Source of the DNA: Chiloscyllium plagiosum
Lineage: Eukaryota
Direction of reading: 5' to 3'
Length of the DNA stretch: 64,000 nucleotides
Assembly: GCF_004010195.1 (NCBI RefSeq)
Contig: NC_057719.1
Coordinates: forward strand, 52,844,745-52,908,744
A program made the translations under genes and the position numbers. Below the pieces are notes generated by a model. That model did not search any database. It was not told where the DNA came from and worked only from the letters and a program-made list of their open reading frames with translations. Shown here one piece after another: positions 12,549-25,385 of the stretch. How positions within the stretch are numbered: the stretch's first letter is position 1; every line of letters starts with the position of its first letter.

Positions 12549-13400
12549 TAGACCATAAGACCATAAGACATAGGAGCGGAAGTAAGGCCATTCGGCCAAT
12601 CGAGTCCACTCCGCCATTTAATCATGGCTGATGGGCATTGCAACTCCACTTACCCGCATTCTCCCCGTAGCCCTTAATTCCTTGTGACATCAAGAATTTA
12701 TCAATTTCTGCCTTGAAGACATTTAGCNNNNNNNNNNNNNNNNNNNNNNNNNNNNNNNNNNNNNNNNNNNNNNNNNNNNNNNNNNNNNNNNNNNNNNNNN
12801 NNNNNNNNNNNNNNNNNNNNNNNNNNNNNNNNNNNNNNNNNNNNNNNNNNNNNNNNNNNNNNNNNNNNNNNNNNNNNNNNNNNNNNNNNNNNNNNNNNNN
12901 NNNNNNNNNNNNNNNTGACAACATTGCATTTGCTTTCTTAATCACGGACTCAACCTGTATGTTTACCTTTAGAGAATCCTCAACTAGCACTCCCAGACCC
13001 CTTTGTAGTTTGGCTTTATGAATTTTCTCACCGTTTAGAAAGTAGTCCATGCTTGTATTCTTTTTTCCAAAGTGCAAGACCTCGCATTTGCTCATATTGA
13101 ATTCCATAGCCATTTCCTGGACCACTCCTCCAAACTGTCTAGATCCTTCTGCAGCCTCCCCACTTCCTCAGTACTACCTGCCTGTTCATCTAACTTTGTA
13201 TCATCGGCAAACTTCGCTAGAATGCCCCAGTCCCTTCATCCAGATCATTAATATATAATGTGAACAGCTGCGGCCCCAACACTGAACCCTGCGGGACACC
13301 GCTTGTCACCGGCTGCCATTCTGAAAAAGAACCTTTTATCCCAACTCTCTGCCTTCTGTCAGACAGCCAATCCTCAATCCATACCAGTAGCTCACCTCGA
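12549..13400 (-). mobile_element. CR1 LINE 3' portion (interrupted by assembly gap)
   Basis: [27 protein letters not shown] and MEFNMSKCEVLHFGKKN; (gaccataa)n tail at 12549-12570. Confidence 0.92.
12728..12915. other. Assembly gap (188 N)
   Basis: Run of n characters. Confidence 1.
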
Positions 13401-14486
13401 AGGAGTATCATGTGAAGGAGTATTCAAGCTTCAATGGGTCGCTCCCTAATGACAAGACTTTCCAATGATATACAGGACAGTAGGCAAACTAGATTAATTG
13501 GGTTCCACCGAGCAGTTCTGAGACATGGCTGAACATTTCAAATGTAATCTCAAATTTTGTTTGATACCTTCCAAGCAATACTTTTGGCCCAGCTAAGCAG
13601 GTTCTGGCAAATATACTCACAATGTACTGGCAGACAAAGTGAAGGCCAAATAACAACTCACCAGATATTGGTTCAGCCCAAAGTTCTCTCCACTGAGATG
13701 CAAATGGGAAATTATACTCTTCTCCTGTCCTGGAATTTTAGATCTTTGAAAGAAAAGGCTAAATGACACTATTGAGACCATCATTATTTTTTCTTTTTTT
13801 CTAATCTTTGGTTTGGAATTGAGAGTTTACAATTGAGAATTGAACTTTGAACAGCAGATTGTGTTTTAAAGAAAGAGGAGAACTAGCCTGGAAAGATAAT
13901 GCAAGTTAATTACTACTCTAAGGACACTGCAGACATTTCAGCACTGAGATATTGTGAGGCTCAAGGACTAGCAGGTGGTTACACGGTGAATTGGTTAATC
14001 GAGGGAGGAGCCAACCATTGAAAATGTGGAAAAACAAAGAGTGCACTGGGTTTTATTTTTGTTTTGGTCAGGAGGTAGAGTTGCTTTGAAACCTGCTGCA
14101 ATAGGTTTTTCTTTTGGTTTTGCTTTCTGTAATCATTCTCCCATTCTAGACTTGTTGAAAGTCCTGAGAAAAGAATCCCAGTCCATAGAATAAACAGGAC
14201 ACATCTCCAGAGGTCTGTGGAATCAGTTTGGTGGTTTCAGAATTCAGGCAAGGTGCAGTCCTACCAGCCTGTAATGCAACCCATCAGGTATCTTATATAT
14301 TCTATATTAGTAGGATCAAGTCCAATACCGATTAATGAATAGTTTCAAACAAAGAAATTGATTTCGTTCAAGGTGATTTAACATTTTTACTATCAAAAAC
14401 AAGAATGTTTCCTTGCCACTGTCATTAACAATTAGAGGTTTGGTGTGCTCATGTTTAGTTCTTCTGAGAGTTGTGATGTCATGTTA

Positions 14487-14806
14487 GGGCGGCACGGTGG
14501 CACAGTGGTTAGCACTGCTGCCTCACAGCATCAGAGACCCGGGTTCAATTCCCGCCTCAGGCGACTGACTGACTGTGTGGAGTTTGCACATTCTCCCCGT
14601 GTCTGCGTGGGTTTCGTCTGGGTGATCCGGTTTCCTCCCACAGTCCAAAAAAAATGTGCAGGTTAGGTGAATTGGCCATGCTAAATTGCCTTTGGTGTTA
14701 GATGTAGGGGAATGGGTATGGGTGGGTGCGCTTCGCCGGGTCAGTGTGGACTTGTTGGGCCGAAGGGCCTGTTTCCACACTGTAAGTAATCTAATCTAAT
14801 CTAATC
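14487..14806 (+). mobile_element. tRNA-derived V-SINE (HE1-like), well preserved
   Basis: gggcggcacggtggcacagtggttagcactgctgcc, B-box gggttcaattcc, V-domain, (aatct)n tail. Confidence 0.92.
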
Positions 14807-14899
14807 TTAAACAGGGGCTGTCTGTTGTAGATTCTTGATAATTCTGTCCATATGTTGTTGGACTATGTCCTGTTTTACAGATAATCCACATGGTAATCT

Positions 14900-15230
14900 G
14901 AAGAAACAGTAGCTACAAAAATGTTATAAAAATCAATACTTCCTGTGACTATGTGGAAAGATGCATGGACCTGTATCCATCCTTGGCATCAAGCTTAGAA
15001 AAACTATTGGCACCTGAGAATTTGGGATTAAACTTTCCTGAAAATGGAATCTTGTATGAGCACCCTTTTTTTAGTGCACTATTCAGTTGCCCTGGATTTA
15101 AACGTACATGTACAGTGCTGCTTTTCTTACAAATACACACAGTCGAGTTGTACTACTCAACATGATACTTAACAGACTGTCTGGATGATACTGTTTTGTA
15201 ACATGGATCCAATTCCAGCCTTACTTGAAC
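14900..15230 (-). mobile_element. Ty3/Gypsy LTR-retrotransposon RT fragment
   Basis: VRLNPGQLNSALKK..YKIP..FNPKFSGANSFSKLDAKDGYRSMHL matches the Gypsy RT pattern (CLDP..LN..LKR..KIP..F.GA..FSKLD...GYW). Confidence 0.75.
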
Positions 15231-15239
15231 ATGAATGTT

Positions 15240-16395
15240 ACAGCAAAGGAAAAGGTCTAGTGAAGATCCACAAGGGTCTGTATTGGGACCCAACTTTTCA
15301 CATTATACATTAACAATCTGGACAATGGAGCTGAGGGCACTGTTGCTAAGTTTGCAGATAACACAAAAGCAAGTGGAGGGACAGGCAGTGTTGAGGAAGT
15401 GGGAAGGCTGCAGATGCTCTTGGACAGGCTAAGAGAGTGGACAAAGAAATAACAGATGAAATACAATGTGGGAAAACGTGAGATTATGCACTTTGGTAGG
15501 AAGGATAGAGGCATAAAGTATTTCCTGAATGGGAAAGGCTTTGTAAATCTGAAACACAAAGGGACTTAGCAGTCCTAGTTTAGGACTCTCTTAAGGTTAA
15601 CAGTAAGGTTAAATTGACAATAAGGAGAAAGTGAGGTCTGCAGATGCTGGAGATCAGAGCTGAACCTGAAGAAGGGCTTATGCCCGAAACGTCGATTCTC
15701 CTGTTCCCTGGATGCTGCCTGACCTGCTGCGCTTCTCCTGCAACACATTTTCAGCTCTAAATTGACAACAAAGAAGGCAAATGCAATGTTAGCATTAATT
15801 TCAAGAGAGCTAGAATTTAAGGAGTAAGGATGTACTGCTGAGACTGTGGAAGGCTCTGTTCAGACTGCATTTGAAATATTGTGAGCAGTTTTAGGCCCTG
15901 TATTCAAGGAAGGTTGTGTTGCCATTGGAGGAAATCCTGAGGAGGTTTACAAGAAAGATCCTGGAGCGACTGGCTTGTCAAATGACAAGTGGTTGAGGAC
16001 TCTGGGTCTGTACTCATTGGAGTTGAGAAGAATGCTGCAATACCGAGAGGCGTGGATAGAGTGGACTCGGAGAAGATGCTTCCACTAGTTGGAGAAACAA
16101 GGATCTGTGGACATAGCCTCAGAATGAAGAGACAATGCTTTAGAACTGAGATAATGAGGAATTTCTTCAGTCAGAGGGTTGTAAATCGATGGAATACATT
16201 GCTGCAGAAGGTTGTGGAGACCGAATCATTGAATGCATTAAAGACAGAGATCAATAGGATCTTGATTGGTAATGGAATCAAGTTTGCAGGGAGAAGGCAG
16301 GAGAATGGGGTGAGAAATATATCAGCCATGATCAAATGCAGCAGACTAGATGTGCTGAATGGCCTAGTTTTCCTCCTATATCTTATTGTCTTATA
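15240..16395 (+). mobile_element. Decayed CR1 LINE 3' portion, carrying a nested PLE mini-insertion
   Basis: [12 protein letters not shown](N)TK, FRTEIMRNFFSQRVVNRWNTL motifs; CR1 3' UTR. Confidence 0.9.
15621..15757 (+). mobile_element. 137-bp PLE pLTR mini-insertion with intact hammerhead core, 11-bp TSD
   Basis: taaattgacaa at 15610-15620 and 15758-15768; inverted pLTR end 15621-15664; CTGAAGA-A-GGGC.TTAT.GCCC-GAAA-CG-TC at 15666-15693. Confidence 0.88.
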
Positions 16396-18353
16396 GTGAG
16401 TGTTGTCGACGTACTGCCAAAATGCCTTTAAAGTTGCCAATTGTCACAAATTAGTCAGTATAAATGGGAGTCAGGTCATGGATAAACTCAGTGTTGCATT
16501 CTGGAGTCTTTGGTGCTGCTGCAGAAGAATTTACTGCCTTGGGAATTAGAATAAAACATAGATCTGTGCACACTGGTTGACAACAAGTCAACAACATTGC
16601 TGTGGGTTTCGATTAACCTCAATGCCAGACCAGGTAAGGTCAGCAGATTCCTTCCATAACGGACATTAGTGAACCAAATAGGCTGTTTCCTAACAATTGA
16701 CCTTAGGTTTCATGGCCATCAGCTGACTTCTAGTTCCAGATTTTTATTGAATTCACATTTCACCATCTACCATAGTGGGATTTGAACCCAGGTCACTGGA
16801 ACATTACATGGATTCCTGGATTAATAGTCTAGTGATAATACCACCAGATATTATCTGGAAACAAATTGAATTCCAGTCTGCTGACGAAAGTTCTCATAAC
16901 AAAGAATATAAATCTGCCACTGATGGTTTGAAAGTTTGCTTTGAGATTGAACTTGTTATGAGCTTGATAACAATAAGAGTAATCTAAAGCTGGCCAATTT
17001 CAATGGGGAAATCAGGCCAGTAACAGAGACTGTCCCTCAAACAAAACAGAACAGTTCAGAAGACATGAAAGTCTGCAGAAAATCATCACCAAGAAGCAGC
17101 AAGGCCAGGAGCCAAAGGAGGATTGGAAATCAACAAAACCAGTGAAGCTTGAAGTGGTCATTTAAATTAAGCCAGTGGGAAGTAATTCAGGGCTGGAAGC
17201 TGAGAAATGTTTGGAAGGTGTACACAGCAGAGTTGCTTGAATTAAACAAGATGAAGACAGGCCAACATTATCAGAAATGGTCATGACTGCACCCAAAAGC
17301 GTTAGAGCAGTAACCATTAAAGAAACCAACAAAAGGCCAGGGAAGGGGATGCAAGATCATGGGACAGAGGGGAAATCTTAGCAACTTTATAAGTGAGGAT
17401 GAAAGGAGTTCTCAGACACTTCAGGATAAAGATGAAGGTGAAGACTCCCTTTGTGAAAGAGTTTAGCAGAAGCTGAGCACCCACCTGATGACAGTCCTGT
17501 TTGAGTAAAAGTTAAGGGAAAATTCACTCCCAAAATATAAGGGAACATACCGTACAAGAAAAATCATGATTCAAGGGCGCCAGAGGCTTACTAATGAGGT
17601 AAAAATCAGAGTTACGCATTTGGAGATCATAGGAACAGAATCAAATTTCAAACCTCAACTAGTCCATTACATTCATGTGAAATTCATTGAGAATAAGGTG
17701 TTGGATGCAAGTCCAGACACCCTACAGGAGCCAAATGTGAAATTACCACTTAGTCACCTTCTGGAAATCAAATGTGGAAATCTGCCTGAATCCAGCACGT
17801 GTTACATGGTCAATGAAGGGTTAAACCTCAGAAAGACGGCACAGATTAGGAACAATGTGGCTGCTGTTCCAGTCTGGTTTTGAACACAGATTAGGATGAA
17901 ACAAATAAGTACAGAATATGTTGCTATCCTGATTTTTGTTCTGTTGTTTCATACTAACTTTAAACAAGGATAAATATTATTTGCAATCTTTTCTCAAGAT
18001 GGAATAGTGTTTTGATAGATGGGAGCTGTGGTTCATCAATCTTTAACTCCCATTGCTTGATATTAATACCTGGTTCTTCACGGGCAAAAATGGATTTTTA
18101 AGCATTACAAACACTGATTTAAAATCGCTACAGCAATCAACTAATCACAGGTTGAGCAAGTTCATAAGACATTTAATAAACATGAACTATTCGGAGTTGC
18201 AATTAACCTCATTACCAAAAGGCATTGCAATTCACATAGCTGCACTTTAACCTTTATGGATAAATTTCACAAATAGGGATGAAAGAATTACCAGTGTTGA
18301 AACTTTATTGCTGGAACAGCACAGCAGGTCAGGCAGCATCCAGGGAACAGGAG

Positions 18354-18389
18354 ATTCGACGTTTCGGGCACAGGCCCTTCTTCAGGAAT
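18354..18389 (-). ncRNA. Minimal type-I hammerhead ribozyme, intact (inverted copy)
   Basis: Exact reverse complement of 18391-18426. Confidence 0.8.
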
Positions 18390-18390
18390 C

Positions 18391-18426
18391 ATTCCTGAAG
18401 AAGGGCCTGTGCCCGAAACGTCGAAT
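18391..18426 (+). ncRNA. Minimal type-I hammerhead ribozyme, intact
   Basis: ATTC-CTGAAGA-A-GGGC.CTGT.GCCC-GAAA-CG-TC-GAAT: stem I ATTC/GAAT, stem II GGGC/GCCC, predicted cleavage after GUC (18422). Confidence 0.8.
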
Positions 18427-20135
18427 CTCCTGTTCCCTGGATGCTGCCTGACCTGCTGTGCTGTTCCAGCAATAAAGTTTCAACTTTGATCTCCAGCATC
18501 TGCAGACCTCACTTTCTCCATGAAAGAATTACCAGCAAATCATCCAGCTTTGAAAAACAAGTCAGTCACAGGAATACAAAAGTGAACTGTACTTCAAGCA
18601 TCTGCTTCAGCAGAGCAACAGAGAGAGAACAATAGATTTCCTACCCAAGTTAAAATGTAAATATTTGGACCAGTCAGGTGTTCTGCAATATGTATTTGCT
18701 AGATATTCACTCCTGGTCATGTTCTACCTTGCAGCGAGGAAGAGCCCAGGTAAAGGAGGAGAAAGGGTCACATTCTCTGAGATATGTCATGATAATATGG
18801 TGGGTGAGCCATCCAAACCAGCTGCACAAGGTGGTGCATAAAATTCTTTTGATGGCCAAGATACACAAGATTCTCTAATACTGTGTAGATTCTACCAACA
18901 TTGTTACCTTTTCTTTGTAGCTTCCCACACAGGAACGCAATGATGCTTGCACCAATGCAGAGTTACAAAATAAGGCAGAATTAGGAGACTAACGTAAGCA
19001 CAAATTCCTTCAACAGCATGTAGACATTCTAAAGTCAAAAATCATCACATCAGTCGCATGAAGAAATAAAGCTGTTAGGAGACATTAAGTTAAAAAAACA
19101 AATATGGAAAAATAAAACAAATTCATAATTTTCATAACTTTCCATACTGAACAACTAACCTTGTGTCCTCACACATGACACTGGCAATGGTTTCTTAAAA
19201 CGTTTCCGGGTGATAGACGTGATGTTGCCCCTTCATCATCAGTTATGCTGGAAACAGCGTGCAGGTACTTTTGCTCTTTTCTTGAGAGGACAGGCATCCT
19301 CAGGTCATCTGAGCTCATGACAGCTGTGACTTTCTATCGGTCCACTTCACAGCAGCAAGAGGCTCACCCCTTTAAGCTCCGCACCCTGAAGCAGTATTGT
19401 CAATGGCAGAGCAACAGAGGAGTGACTGTCTCCACAGAAGGGCCCTGAGAACAGCCCCCAATGGCAGCTGCTGGTCATTTACCACCATACGAGTTCCTAT
19501 TCTGTCCTGAGAGGAATCAGGAGCTGAACGTAACTCCAGGTACTTTGCCCATCTTTCACTGCTGTTCCACATCCCGAAGCACAAAAGATAAGGCAAAAGA
19601 GGACAGGGAGCATGCCCAGTATACCATCACTACTGGCTTTGACCATCCATTTGACCATTAGGCACTCCCTAATCTCTCAAAAGAGGAAGCCACATGTGGA
19701 TGGCCGCATAAACCCATCCATTGTTTCCAGAGAAACTCTTCTGGTGTCCCTGCGCTACATTTTCTGCCACCTACAGAGGCTGTTTATCAGCCTGGAGCTC
19801 AGCAACTGGCTCAGCTCCTACACTTCGCCAACTGTCAGAGAACAGCAATAACTCAACAGCTCATCTTGTGAATGGGACGTAATCTAGGCCAGTGTTTGGA
19901 TACTTTGTAGGCGAGTTGCACATAGCTACCATGGTACATGCATTTGTGCTGGTGTTAGGTGAGGAACAAGAATGTGACACTAACTTCCTTCTCAGAAGCT
20001 ATTATTGATCCTTTTGGGCTTGTGATCGCAGCTGCCAATATGCCATCTGTGGGGGGAACAAACAACAAGAATGAAAGACACCATCATCATTTGAGACAAC
20101 TTAATATAGGCATACTTCCTAAAAATAGAGGAAAT

Positions 20136-20433
20136 GGGGTGGCACAGTGGCTCAGTGATTAGCACTGCCGCCTTACAGGGCTAGAGACCCAGTTCGATTC
20201 GCGTCTCGAGCAATTGTCAGTGCGGAGTTTGCACATTCTCCCTGTGTCTGCATGGGTTTCCTCCCACAATCCAAAGATGTGCAGGTCAGGTGAATTGGCT
20301 ATGCTAAATTGCCCATAGTGTTAGGTGCATTAATCAGGGGTAAATATAGGGAATGGGTCTGAGTGGGTTTCTCTTTGGAGAGTCGGTATGGACTTGTTGG
20401 GCTGAAGGGCCCTACTGTAGAGAATCTAAACTG
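20136..20433 (+). mobile_element. tRNA-derived V-SINE (HE1-like)
   Basis: gtggcacagtggctcagtgattagcactgc, B-box gttcgattc, V-domain, gggctgaagggcc tail. Confidence 0.85.
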
Positions 20434-22239
20434 AATGGCATCCAGGTAACCCTGTGGTGTGGCGATCTTCCTGCGGTACATGGTGGTCTCTTGGCCTGGC
20501 ATGGCGTTAGTGTGGTCTCCTGGTCTCAAGATGATCCCAGAGTAATCTCCTAGCCTCATGAACCTTGAACTGAAGCTTAGAGAGGTCTGGAGTCAAGGCC
20601 TGGAGTCAGTGGACTGGAGGCTAGGTACCAGCGTGGTCTGGATTGGAACACCATGGTTCTGAACTGTTACTTCTGCCGGACTTCTTATCTCTCTATTTTC
20701 TAACAGTGTGTAACTGGAAAAAACAATACCTAGGTGCCTTTGTACCTAGGATAAGGCTGTAAGCAGTGACATAAACATTTCAATGTACTTGTTTGTGTAT
20801 ATGTGATAATAAAGCTAATTCTAATTCTAATTTATCATCAAAGGCTGCATGGTCAGTGAGTCTGATGTGTTCATCCTGGTGGTGGTTTCAGTTGTGGCTA
20901 TCACAGTGGTGGCATGGTGGTGCAGGTTTGTTCCTTCTGGCTATGGCGGCAATGTGACAGCGTCAGGCAGTGACTAAGATGGTGACAGCTTCAGCGATGG
21001 CTTCAGTGACTTGGTGGGTCCGGTCTGTCCCTCCTTGCTATGATGGCAATTGCAGTGGCCTTGCTGACAGCTTTGGAGGTGGCAATGTAATGGGTGTGGT
21101 TCGGAAGCCCTTGCTTTGGTAGCCTTGGCATTGGTGCCCCATAGTCATTCCGGAAACCCAGGAGCCATGGAGGGGACAAAAGGTGAACTTCATCCTAACT
21201 TTGTCTCAATTACTTCTTTTGATAACTTCTGTAATTACAATGGCGCCGAATTATGGCAACTTATACATATCACACTGTACTCTCATTAATACATGTGACA
21301 ATTCATTGCTGTTCTATTTATTCAAATGTTTGGTAAGTTTGATTGGGCCCCTCTATATCTCCTCTTCATGTCAAAATGGTCACCTTACAGCCTCTGTGGA
21401 GTGACAAAGACAGTTGAAAGATAAAGTTTGAGGTTTGTCTTCCCTGAATTCCAGCATCTGCAGTTTTTTTGTCTCTTCATATTAAGAATTGGTGATATCA
21501 TTGAAGGAATCAAGTTTTACATTGACGCAACATTTTCAAGACAGAAGCAAAACAATTAGGGAAAAAAAATAATTTTGCCTTGTATGTATGTTTCACAGGA
21601 TTTCCTTCCACAGTGAATTCAAAAGGCAAATTTTGGCCCAAAAATTTCAAGAGGTTGGCAGAAGTGCAGTCAGTTGACTGACAACAAGCAGCCATCTGTC
21701 AGTTTGCTTCAGTATTAACATCCCTCTATTGGTTATAGCATCAGTGGAGCTGGTGGGATTGTTGTGCCATCAGCCTTGCCTCATTAGTTAATGTCCAGAT
21801 TGAAGGGGCAGGGACATAACTTTATGTTGGTCGGGAGATGTGACAAAGATCAAGTGCAAAAATGAATCGTTGCCTTTGTGTTGAGAGAGGAAAGTTCCAG
21901 TAATGTGCAAGCTCTAAGTTTTGTTTATCACTATTTCACTTCATTGCAAGCCTCTAAGGTTTTTGAATACAGCCAAACTACAATTTAATCCAGAGACAGC
22001 AACATTGCAGCAGCTGAGACACAGAGAATCAGACAGATACATACATATTTCTGTCCTCTGGGACAGTCATTAAAATTCATAACTTGCTGTGAAATGTATG
22101 CGCTGATATTTTCTGTCACCAGGATAATTCTTTGAGGGATTGAAGAGGTTTTCAATGCAAAAGAAGGAGCATCGAATCCACTTCTTAGATTGCCTTACAT
22201 ACCTGTAAGATTTTAATCGGCAGTAATCTCAGCCCATTC

Positions 22240-23178
22240 TCGCATTGTCAGGCTGTGACAGTGAAGTATTGCAAGGATCAGTACTTGGGCCCCAGCTATT
22301 CATAATGCTTAGCAAAGATTTGGACAAGGGGACCAAATGCAATATTTCCAAATTTATGAATGATACACAGCTAAGCAGGAATGTGTGTTGTGAGGAAGAT
22401 GTCAAAAGAGGCTTTGGACAGGCTCAGTGATTGGGAAAGTAAATGGCCGATGGAATATTAATTGGAAAAAATATGAAGTTATCCACTTTGGTAGGAAGAA
22501 CAAATGAGCAAAGTATTTCTTTAATAGTGGATGTTTGGAAAGTGTAGTTTTGCAAAGGGTCTTGGGCCTCCTTGTCAATAAGTTCATGAAGGCTAACAAT
22601 GAGGTGCTGCAAGCTAATAGGAAGGTGAATGGGGTATTAACTGTTATCGTGAGACGGTTTGAATAAATCTTGCTTCAAATGCATAGGAGCTTTATTAAAC
22701 TGCACCTGGGGTACCATGTGCAGTTTTTTTAAATTCTCAATTCAGGAAAGATATTATCACAGAGGGAGAACAAAAAAGGCTCACCAGATTTCTTCTTGGA
22801 ACAGCAGGACAATTTCATGAAGAGAGCTGAGTAAACTGGGATTGTATTCTCTAGAGCTTCAAACAATGAGAGCTGATCTCATTGAAATTTACAAAATACA
22901 GAGGCAGAGACAAAGATAGATGCAGGTAGTCTGTTTCCCAGTTGGGGAGTTAAGAACCAGGGAGAATAATTTATAAATAAGGAAATGCCATTTTGGACTA
23001 AGATGAGGAAAATACTTTTCATTCAGAAGGTCACAAATTCTTTGGAATTCTCTGCCCAATTATGTTGTGGAAGCTCAGTTTTTGAGTTTATTTAAAGTAG
23101 AGGTATAAACGCTTTGAAAATCAATGGTATAACGGGTTATGGGGATAGTGTGAGTAAAAGACATTGAAGTGCTAGATT
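22240..23178 (+). mobile_element. Old, decayed CR1 LINE 3' portion
   Basis: [12 protein letters not shown]...KFMNDTQL; HFGRKN; downstream CR1 C-terminal remnants. Confidence 0.8.
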
Positions 23179-23179
23179 A

Positions 23180-23790
23180 GTCATAGTGTCATGGAGTCAT
23201 TGAGATGTACATCATGGACACAGACCCATCAGTCCCAACCCAATCTAGTTCCGCCTGCCAGCACCCATATCCGTCTAAACCCTTCCTATTCATACACCCA
23301 TCCAGATGGCTTTTGAATGTTGTAACTGTACCAGCCTTCACCAATCCCTCTGGCAGCTCATTCCATAGGAGTGAGATCAGAATTCCAGACAATATTGAAA
23401 AAGTGGACTAATCAATGTCCTGTACAACTGCAACATGACCTCCCAACTCCTGTATTCAATACTCTGACCAATAAAGGAAAGCATACCAAATGCCTTTTTC
23501 ACTATCCTACCTTCCTGTGACTCTACTTTTAAAGAACTATGAACCTGCATTCCAAGGTACAGCAACACTCCCTAAGACCTTAGTCTTAAGTGTATAAATT
23601 CTGCTCTGATTTGCCTTTCCAAAATGCAGCACCTCACATTTATCTAAGTTAAACTCCATCTGCCACTCCCCAGCCCATTGGCCCATCTGATCAAGGTTCC
23701 ATTTTACTCTGAGGAAACATTCTTTGCTGTCCAGTACACCTCCAATTTTGGAGTCATTTGCAAACTTACTAACAATACCCATGCACATAT
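23180..23790 (-). mobile_element. CR1 LINE 3' portion with internal deletion
   Basis: SKFANDSKIGGVLDS...WQMEFNLDKCEVLHFGKAN; WNELPEGLV; (gtcatag)n tail at 23180. Confidence 0.88.
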
Positions 23791-24565
23791 GAAATAATTG
23801 TGCTGGCTCAATGGGTTAAATGGCCTACATCAGTTTATATGGTTCGAATCATTGTGTGTACTGGCCACCTGTGTCTTTCCTATGGCACTTAACACATCAC
23901 CCTGGTCTGAATCTTATATTTAGTTGATTAGTATATCTTTCTCTGAGGCAGAAAAGGTGATTGCAGAATGGAGTCAGCTGGGACAGCCCTGGGATTGGGG
24001 CCAATGGAATGCGCAGTCATTTTTATTTCTTAGCTCTGGCTTGGAGATTATTGAAAAATCATCACACCCATCAACCCCAAGTAGTTCCTGATACATCGCT
24101 CAACCCCAACTCCCCCGTCTCTTGCTTTCACCCCATTACTCCCCCATTCTCTCACCTGCCTGTGTGCTGTCACCTTGCCATTGACACTCCTCCCCTTTGC
24201 TCACCCTCCTTACAACCACCCCTTTCAGAACTCCTCTAACAACTCTGTGTTTGTCTCCCTTCTTGCAAATCCCTATCCATTCTTTTCTTGCCATTACTTT
24301 TTTCCATTGTAAGATTTTAAGGACCATTTCACTTTCAATATGAGGCCTAAATCAAATACAACTATAAGATTGCGTTTGAGAGAGCAAATCAAATCATTGA
24401 CTTGTTCTGATTTATTACAAGATCTATTCCAATTGCAAATACATTTTTCAAGTTTTACAGAATTTATTAGGTTTATCACAACAAATACAAAATAAATACT
24501 ACTTAATAAAAACAGTGGCTTTCAGTATATCCATTATGAGAGGGCAGTTCATGACACTGGTTGAA

Positions 24566-25013
24566 TGGGCACCTGCTCTAGCACATGCTCTTCTACCTTG
24601 AAGAAGTTCTCTGCCTCTCTCCACAAGAATCTCAGTGAGTCTCTCTCTCACTGCAACCCCTCTGCCCTGAAGTTTCACCAGTTTCCTCATTTCCCCTCCC
24701 CCCACCTCACCCCAGTTCCAACCTTCCAGCTCAGCACTGTCCCCATGACCTGTCCTACCTGCCAATCTCCCTTCCCACCTACCCGCTCCACCCTCCTCTC
24801 TGACCTATCACCTCCATCCCCACCCCCATTCACTTGTTGTACTCTTTGTTACCTTCTCCCCAGCTGCCGCCCCACCTCCTCCCTCTATTTATCTCTCCAC
24901 ACTGGAGGCTCCCTGCCTCTATTTCTGATGAAGGGCTTTTGCCCGAAACGTGCTTTTCCAGCACCACTCTGATCTAAACTCTGGTTTCCAGCATCTGCAG
25001 TCCTCACTTTTGA
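24566..25013 (+). mobile_element. PLE remnant: putative 5' segment joined to 3' end/pLTR with hammerhead core
   Basis: C-rich 3' region matches 54540-54780; CTGATGA-A-GGGC.TTTT.GCCC-GAAACG at 24925-24950; ends gcatctgcagtcctcactttt. Confidence 0.82.
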
Positions 25014-25237
25014 CTAGCTCTTGTTTAGTTCTACTTACTGATGTTCTCCTTCTGTCTGTCATCTTTCTCCTTGTATAACAAACCACCATGAATCATCAGT
25101 TATTAACCCTTTCTAGCCATTAATCTCTGTGCGTGGTCAGTGACATCCTGAACTCAAGTTGGCATTTTAGTGCACGAATGACACACAGACAGTTCATAGT
25201 CAACTTTGACTTGGAGGTGCCAGTGTTGGACTGGGTT

Positions 25238-25385
25238 AGAAATCACACAACACCAAGTTAGAGTCCAACAGTTTTATTTGGAAGCACTAGCTTTCAGAGC
25301 ACCGCTCCTTCATCAGGTGGTTGTGGAGGTTAAGATCATGCTCACAGAATTTATAACAAAGGAGTCCTGTATCATGGAGATATGC
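25238..25385 (-). mobile_element. PLE pLTR fragment of another family with hammerhead motif (25285-25319)
   Basis: Reverse complement reads CAC-CTGATGA-A-GGAGC.GGT.GCTCT-GAAA-GC-TA-GTG, then aaataaaactgttggactctaacttggtgttgtgtgattt. Confidence 0.75.

Larger units (their letters stand above)
18295..18519. mobile_element. Palindromic PLE pLTR insertion (94-bp perfect arms) with 16-bp TSD
   Basis: Arms 18296-18389 and 18391-18484 are exact reverse complements; atgaaagaattaccag at 18279-18294 and 18520-18535. Confidence 0.95.

Noticed and set aside
12622..13125. ORFs spanning the X-run
   Set aside because: Artefacts of the N gap within a CR1
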